Assembly (NCBI GenBank): GCA_003556225.1
Contig: PWRN01000041.1
Location: forward strand, 7,209 to 71,208
Reading direction: 5' to 3'
Source of the DNA: Syntrophomonadaceae bacterium
GTDB lineage: Bacteria > Bacillota > Dethiobacteria > DTU022 > UBA8154
Length of the DNA stretch: 64,000 nt
Positions 58,841-64,000 of the stretch are shown piece after piece (position 1 is the stretch's first letter; every line of letters starts with the position of its first letter). The notes under the pieces are model-generated. The model made no database searches. It was not told the origin of the DNA and was given only the letters and a program-made list of their open reading frames with translations. The position numbers were made by a program, and so were the translations under genes.

Positions 58841-60115
58841 ATGGAGGAGTTTATTGTTGAGGGCGGACACAAGTTAAGCGGTTCCCTGCAGGTGAAAGGG
58901 GCAAAGAATTCCATGCTTCCGATAATGGCCGCCTCTGTATTGAACAGCAGTGATGGAAGCGTCGTTCTGCATAACATACCGAACATCTACGATCTGCACG
59001 TGATGAAGAACATCCTGGATTCCCTGGGTTTTAAAGTGGAATACCAGGGAGACACATTGCAGATTACACCGGGTGAGGAGATCCATTACGTCATTCCCGA
59101 TGACTTCATGAGGGAGATGCGGTCATCGATATTTCTCATGGGGCCGCTGCTGGCGAGGATCGGAAAAGTCAAATTGACGTACCCCGGGGGGTGCTCCATC
59201 GGGCCCAGGCCCATCGATCTGCACCTCAAGGGGCTGGCTTCCCTGGGGGTCCAGGTTCGCGAAGAAAACGGGTATATTGAAGCATCAGCGGAGAAACTGC
59301 TGGGAACCGATATTCACCTGGACTATCCCAGCGTAGGCGCCACGGAGAACCTGATCATGGCTGCAGTCCTGGCTCACGGGAAAACGACCATATATAACGC
59401 GGCCAAAGAACCTGAGATCGTCGATCTGCAAAATTTTTTAAATGCCATGGGCTGCCAGGTTAGAGGCGCGGGCACGGAAAAGATCCGCATTGAGGGGGTT
59501 CCTGCCGCGGGGAAATGTCATTATCGCATTATTCCTGACCGCATCGTTGCCGGTACATACCTGATGGCCGCCGCGATCACCGGGGGGGAGGTTACGCTCC
59601 ATGAAATCATCCCTTCGCACCTGGATGCCGTCGTGGCCAAGTTGAAAGAAGCGGGCGTGGAAATCCAGGGAACGGAAGACAGCTTGACAGTGAAAGACGG
59701 ATCTTTAAGGGCCGTGGAAACGCTCAGAACACTCCCCTACCCGGGATTTCCTACGGATCTCCAGGCTCCCATGTCGGCCCTGCTGACGAAAGCGAGGGGA
59801 GACAGCCTGATCGTGGAGAACGTCTTTGAAGCCCGCTTTCAGCACATGGAAGAACTGATTAAAATGAATGCCCAGGTCAATGTTAAGGATCGAAACGCTT
59901 TGATCACGGGCGTGGAACGCCTGGTCGGTGCCCGGGTAAACGCCACGGACTTGCGGGCCGGGGCCGCCCTTGTCCTGGCTGCCCTGGCCGCTGAAGGAAC
60001 GTCGGTTATTCAACATGTTTGGCATATCGATCGGGGTTATGAATCCATGGAGAAGGCGCTGAAACAGCTGGGAGCGCGCATAGAAAGAGCGGGTGGCCCT
60101 GATCCTTCCCCGTAA
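58841..60115 (+). CDS. murA: UDP-N-acetylglucosamine 1-carboxyvinyltransferase
   Basis: [24 protein letters not shown]… EPT-family N-terminus; active-site Cys in …[15 protein letters not shown]…; ATG 58841 after GGGGGAGG, 3 nt past the murB stop. Confidence 0.9.
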   Translation: MEEFIVEGGHKLSGSLQVKGAKNSMLPIMAASVLNSSDGSVVLHNIPNIYDLHVMKNILDSLGFKVEYQGDTLQITPGEEIHYVIPDDFMREMRSSIFLMGPLLARIGKVKLTYPGGCSIGPRPIDLHLKGLASLGVQVREENGYIEASAEKLLGTDIHLDYPSVGATENLIMAAVLAHGKTTIYNAAKEPEIVDLQNFLNAMGCQVRGAGTEKIRIEGVPAAGKCHYRIIPDRIVAGTYLMAAAITGGEVTLHEIIPSHLDAVVAKLKEAGVEIQGTEDSLTVKDGSLRAVETLRTLPYPGFPTDLQAPMSALLTKARGDSLIVENVFEARFQHMEELIKMNAQVNVKDRNALITGVERLVGARVNATDLRAGAALVLAALAAEGTSVIQHVWHIDRGYESMEKALKQLGARIERAGGPDPSP

Positions 60116-60226
60116 GCGCTCAAAGATATTTTTCCCCGGGTTCATAGAGCAGGCGTGCCTTTCCACAACGCGAACCCGGGAATCAAGATCAACGACAGAT
60201 TCCTCATTGTCATGGGGGTGCAGCAA

Positions 60227-61027
60227 ATGATGCAGCGAAAGCAGCTTACCCAAGGCGGCTCCTCGAGCCCACAAACCCGGGAGGTAGAGCCCAGTCACCA
60301 CAAAAAAAAGAAAGGCCTGCTCCTTTTTATCTTGCTCCTGGCGGCCTGCACCCTTTCTTTTGGCTTGTTTTTGCGTTCCTCCCTATTTACCCTCGAACGG
60401 ATCGAGATTCGGGGGCTGGACAAAGTGCCCGCGGAGGAATTCCGAAGGACCACCCGGCTCCAGGAGGGTATGAATATCTGGAGTATAAACCCCCCGCTAT
60501 TTCGCGAGAAAGCCCTGGCGATCCCGCGGGTTCAATCCGTGCAGGTTGAGCGCGATCTCCCTGCGGCGCTGGTGGTTCATGTTGAAGAGAAGTGCCCAGC
60601 GGCCCTGGTTTCTTATCACGGCTACTACCTGGAGCTGGCGCCTGACGGCACATTCATCGGGATACAGAATCACTACACGGGAGATCTTCCCCTGATCAAC
60701 GGGTTGTTGTGGGGCCAGATGGATGTTGGTTCTTCCATCCCCGATCGGCCCCGGGGTGAAATCATCGAGGTGTTTTTGGAAGCCTTGGCGGAGCGGCCGG
60801 CGCTTCCCCTGGCGGAAATCAACGTGGAGAACCCCCAGCAAATCACCGTTTATACCTGGGAAGGAATGGAAGTCTGGATGGGCGGCAAGCATGATCTGGC
60901 AAGAAAAATAGATCTTTTGCATTCCATCTACATCCGGTTGAAGCAGAACCGTGATGAGCTCCTGGCGGGCTGCCTGGACTTGCGTGTGGTGGAAACCCCC
61001 GTTTTCCGTCCCTTTCGCGACCAATAG
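60227..61027 (+). CDS. ftsQ: cell division protein FtsQ/DivIB
   Basis: basic N-terminus, one TM helix (LLLFILLLAACTLSFGLFL), POTRA domain (FTLERIEIRGL…) and FtsQ C-terminal domain; start estimated at ATG 60227 after GGGGGTG. Confidence 0.7.
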   Translation: MMQRKQLTQGGSSSPQTREVEPSHHKKKKGLLLFILLLAACTLSFGLFLRSSLFTLERIEIRGLDKVPAEEFRRTTRLQEGMNIWSINPPLFREKALAIPRVQSVQVERDLPAALVVHVEEKCPAALVSYHGYYLELAPDGTFIGIQNHYTGDLPLINGLLWGQMDVGSSIPDRPRGEIIEVFLEALAERPALPLAEINVENPQQITVYTWEGMEVWMGGKHDLARKIDLLHSIYIRLKQNRDELLAGCLDLRVVETPVFRPFRDQ

Positions 61028-61313
61028 GGCGATCTATTGGAAAACTGTTAGCTTGTTGCCAAGCTTGGGAGGAGGGAAGAACACGAAAGTTTAAAACAAT
61101 CATGCCGTTGCACCAGGGTTCTTCCCGGCTTCTTGCTCTCCCAGCAGGAAGAGGATTTGTGGAAATGAACAGCAATGCCGGGGTCTCAGTTTCGCTGCCT
61201 CCACGATCAGGGTAAGCTGGAAAAATAATTTACCTTGAAAAAGGAAATGTTTTAATCATGTGGAATATGTAAAAAGAATCTGTTTTTGAAGGTCGTTACA
61301 AGGGGGTGTAGGG

Positions 61314-62543
61314 TTGACCAGTCGAGAGATCGTGGCCGGGATGGACATCGGGACATCTAATGTGCGCATCATCGTGGGTGAAATTGTCACGGACCGTGCG
61401 GTGAACATTGTTGGTGTCGGAACGAGTCCCTCGGAAGGTATTCGCAAAGGCGTGATCATCGATTTAGAACGGACTGTTGAATCCATTAGCAAGGCCGTAG
61501 CGGAAGCGGAACGAATGGTCGGTTCTAAGATTACCGAGGTGAATGTAGGGATCGTCGGCTCCAATATCGGCTTGGCCAACAATCGCGGAGTCGTTGCCGT
61601 GTCCCGTGATGATAAAGAAATCACCGAACAGGATGTTGAGCGGGTGCTGCAGGCCGCGAGGGTGATCGCCTTGCCCCAGGACCGTGAAATTATTGACGTG
61701 ATTCCCCGGGAATTTATCGTGGACGGTTACGATGGTATTCGCGACCCGGTGGGCATGCTGGGTGTCCGGTTGGAAGTTGAAGCCATGATCATTACCGGCT
61801 CCATGACCTCCTTGAGAAACCTGATGCGCTGTATCAACGTTTCCGGGCATGAAATCAATGCGCTCATCTTGAACGCACTGGCAAACGGCGAAGTGTGCCT
61901 TTCCCGGGATGAAAAAGAACTGGGTGCATTTTTAATTGACCTGGGCGGTGGGACCACAGAAGTTGCCCTTTATAAAGATGGCGCTTTAAAAGATATTGCA
62001 GTTCTGCCTGTGGGTGGGGATCACATTACCAATGACATGGCGGTGGGTATGCGGACAACTTTCCAGCTGGCCGAGAAGGTGAAAACCGAGTACGGTTCGG
62101 CCGTGGCCGGCAGCGCGAGTGATGACCGGGAGATCGAGATCGAGGGCATCAGCGGCAAAGAGAAGCGAACCATAACGGCCCGCGAACTGTCAACATTTAT
62201 TGAGCCCCGTATCCAGGAAATCATGCAGCTGTGTAAAAACGAAATGGGAAAAATGGGTTACAGCCAAATGCCCCCCGGGGGCGTGGTCTTAACCGGAGGG
62301 GTTTCCCTCATGCAGGGCATCACTGAACTGGCCGAATCTTTTTTTAACTCCACGGTGCGCATTGCCCAGCCAGATTACCTCGGCGTCAAAAGCCCCATTT
62401 ATTCCACGGCTGTGGGGATCATTCACTACGTGATCCGACACCAGGGTGCAGGTGCGCAGTACCGCCAGCAGGATGGGAAAGCCGGTTTTCTCGGGAATTT
62501 ATGGAAAAAAATCAAAACGTTTCTGTCCGATATCTGGGACTAG
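61314..62543 (+). CDS. ftsA: cell division protein FtsA
   Basis: actin-like ATPase; …IVAGMDIGTSNVR… N-terminus and DLGGGTTEVA phosphate-2 motif; TTG start after AGGGGGTG. Confidence 0.9.
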   Translation: MTSREIVAGMDIGTSNVRIIVGEIVTDRAVNIVGVGTSPSEGIRKGVIIDLERTVESISKAVAEAERMVGSKITEVNVGIVGSNIGLANNRGVVAVSRDDKEITEQDVERVLQAARVIALPQDREIIDVIPREFIVDGYDGIRDPVGMLGVRLEVEAMIITGSMTSLRNLMRCINVSGHEINALILNALANGEVCLSRDEKELGAFLIDLGGGTTEVALYKDGALKDIAVLPVGGDHITNDMAVGMRTTFQLAEKVKTEYGSAVAGSASDDREIEIEGISGKEKRTITARELSTFIEPRIQEIMQLCKNEMGKMGYSQMPPGGVVLTGGVSLMQGITELAESFFNSTVRIAQPDYLGVKSPIYSTAVGIIHYVIRHQGAGAQYRQQDGKAGFLGNLWKKIKTFLSDIWD

Positions 62544-62610
62544 GGCCTTTTGATCGCACCGCGTTTGCCTGCTCGGCATGAATGTTAATGAACAGGGAGG
62601 CCTGGAAGCC

Positions 62611-63666
62611 ATGATCGAGTATGAAATAGAAATGGAGCTGTTTGCCCAGATAAAAGTAATCGGTGTCGGCGGGGGGGGGAATAATGCCGTTAACCGCATG
62701 ATTGCCGCCGGTTTAAAGGGAGTGGACTTTATTTCCGTCAATACGGACGCCCAGGCCCTGGAACTGGCCAAATCAGGAACCAAGCTGCAAATCGGCGCGA
62801 AATTAACCAAGGGGTTAGGTTCGGGTGGGAACCCGGAGATCGGCCGCCAGGCGGCAGAGGAGAGCAGGGACGAGATTGAAGCTGTTTTGAAAAGCTCCGA
62901 CATGGTTTTTATTACGGCAGGGATGGGGGGAGGCACCGGAACCGGCGCCGCCCCGATCATCGCGGAAATTGCCAAAAGCCTTGGAGCTTTAACCGTCGGG
63001 GTTGTGACAAGACCCTTTACGTTTGAGGGCCGCAGGCGCATGGTCCAGGCGGAGGAAGGGATCACCTCGCTCAAGGAAAAGGTGGATACACTAATCATCA
63101 TCCCGAACGATAAGCTACTCCAGGTTGTGGACAAGCGGACGCCTCTGGTGGAAGCGTTTCGCATTGCCGATGATGTACTGCGGCAGGGAGTGCAGGGTAT
63201 TTCTGACCTTATCGCCATCCCCGGTTTGATTAACCTGGACTTCGCCGACGTCCGGACGATTATGCAGGAAACGGGAACGGCCCTGATGGGAGTCGGCACG
63301 GCCAGCGGAGAAAACAGCACCATTGACGCCGCCAAAAACGCAATTTTTAGCCCTCTTTTGGAAACTTCCATTGAAGGCGCACGCAGTGTCTTGATTAACG
63401 TGACCGGCGGCAGCGGGCTCAGCCTTTTCGAGGCCAATGAGGCCGCTGAAACGATTATTAATGAAGCGGATCCCGATGCCAACATTATTTTTGGTGCGGT
63501 GATCGACGAAAGTTTACAGGAAGAAGCGAGGGTAACCGTGATTGCGACAGGATTCGAAAAGGCTGCTTTCTCCCCCAAACAGGAGGACACCTCATCCGAG
63601 GCGCCCATCAACGATGTAGATATCGATATCCCGGCTTTTTTAAGGCGCCGCCGTTCAGGCCAGTGA
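62611..63666 (+). CDS. ftsZ: cell division GTPase FtsZ
   Basis: tubulin signature GGGTGTG and [17 protein letters not shown]; conserved C-terminal peptide [11 protein letters not shown]. Confidence 0.95.
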   Translation: MIEYEIEMELFAQIKVIGVGGGGNNAVNRMIAAGLKGVDFISVNTDAQALELAKSGTKLQIGAKLTKGLGSGGNPEIGRQAAEESRDEIEAVLKSSDMVFITAGMGGGTGTGAAPIIAEIAKSLGALTVGVVTRPFTFEGRRRMVQAEEGITSLKEKVDTLIIIPNDKLLQVVDKRTPLVEAFRIADDVLRQGVQGISDLIAIPGLINLDFADVRTIMQETGTALMGVGTASGENSTIDAAKNAIFSPLLETSIEGARSVLINVTGGSGLSLFEANEAAETIINEADPDANIIFGAVIDESLQEEARVTVIATGFEKAAFSPKQEDTSSEAPINDVDIDIPAFLRRRRSGQ

Positions 63667-63704
63667 GGAAAGCTTCGAGTCGATCGCCCTGGTTTCGGGT
63701 TGGA

Positions 63705-63733
63705 AAAAGTATGGGTAAAACCATACTTTTTTT
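63705..63733 (+). terminator. rho-independent terminator after ftsZ
   Basis: AAGTATGG-gtaaaa-CCATACTTTTTTT. Confidence 0.65.
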
Positions 63734-63901
63734 GTGCTCCGCAACCCTGCTAAAGGGCCTGAAAACGCAGCGACATGGCTTGAAGGAGCCGAGCCGGCTG
63801 TAAGGTCGAGTTTTCTCGCCGGCTCTATGCATCAAGGGGTTTTTATAATATAATACAAATTACGGACCCGGGTTAGCGGGTACCTGGAGGAGGAGAGCGA
63901 G

Positions 63902-64000
63902 ATGCGCCTGACGGATCTGCGAGACCGAGACGTGGTCAATGTCAACGACGGCAAGCGGCTGGGTGTGATTAGTGACGTAGAACTTGACGTGGAGCAGGGG
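63902..64000 (+). CDS. ylmC: YlmC/YmxH-family PRC-barrel sporulation protein, N-terminal fragment (runs off the window)
   Basis: MRLTDLRDRDVVNVNDGKRLGVISDVELD is a typical YlmC/YmxH start; RBS GGAGGAGG. Confidence 0.6.
   Translation, partial: MRLTDLRDRDVVNVNDGKRLGVISDVELDVEQG

Noticed and set aside
61028-61313. Small ORF (MPLHQGSSRLLALPAGRGFVEMNSNAGVSVSLPPRSG) in the ftsQ-ftsA spacer
   Set aside because: No RBS and low-complexity composition. The region is the expected internal promoter zone for ftsAZ.
1-64000. CRISPR arrays, IS elements, integrases, phage genes, toxin-antitoxin pairs
   Set aside because: No direct-repeat/spacer arrays and no transposase or recombinase-like ORFs. Every sizeable ORF is accounted for by a housekeeping or redox function.

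Overview
This is a 64-kb, high-GC (~57%) chromosomal segment from a thermophilic anaerobic Firmicute of the Moorella/Desulfotomaculum type. Every credible gene lies on the + strand. There are no CRISPR arrays, tRNAs, rRNAs or mobile elements.

The window reads, in order:
- selA (3' part) and selB, the selenocysteine incorporation genes.
- A 424-bp AT-rich gap.
- An 8-gene redox cluster: an HdrD/GlcF-like CCG-domain Fe-S protein, etfB, etfA, hdrA, an MvhD/FlxD-like gene, two tandem AsrA/HydB-like (FlxC/FlxB-like) Fe-S genes and an AsrB/HydG-like (FlxA-like) NAD(P)H flavoprotein. It ends at a terminator.
- A stand-alone rseC-like gene with its own promoter.
- A candidate lysine riboswitch leading lysA-dapF-dapL-asd-lysC.
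- A T-box leader (probably Tyr) with aroF-tyrA-aroA.
- A contiguous bacillithiol operon, bshC-bshB-bshA.
- A partial his operon (hisH-hisA-hisF-hisIE) with an Rrf2 regulator wedged before aroC-aroB.
- An HD-domain protein, secD, secF, a LapA-like gene, recJ, relA, dtd, hisS and aspS.
- mgtE behind a ~500-nt leader.
- A complete dcw cluster: mraZ (with an MraZ operator), rsmH, ftsL, spoVD/PBP, murE, murF, mraY, murD, ftsW, murG, murB, murA, ftsQ, ftsA, ftsZ, then the start of ylmC/ymxH.

The most unusual content is the selAB-adjacent composite Hdr-Etf-Flx cluster. It looks like an uncharacterised flavin-based electron-bifurcating complex that combines two potential bifurcation modules, EtfAB and HdrA. 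No in-frame UGA selenoprotein gene lies inside the window.
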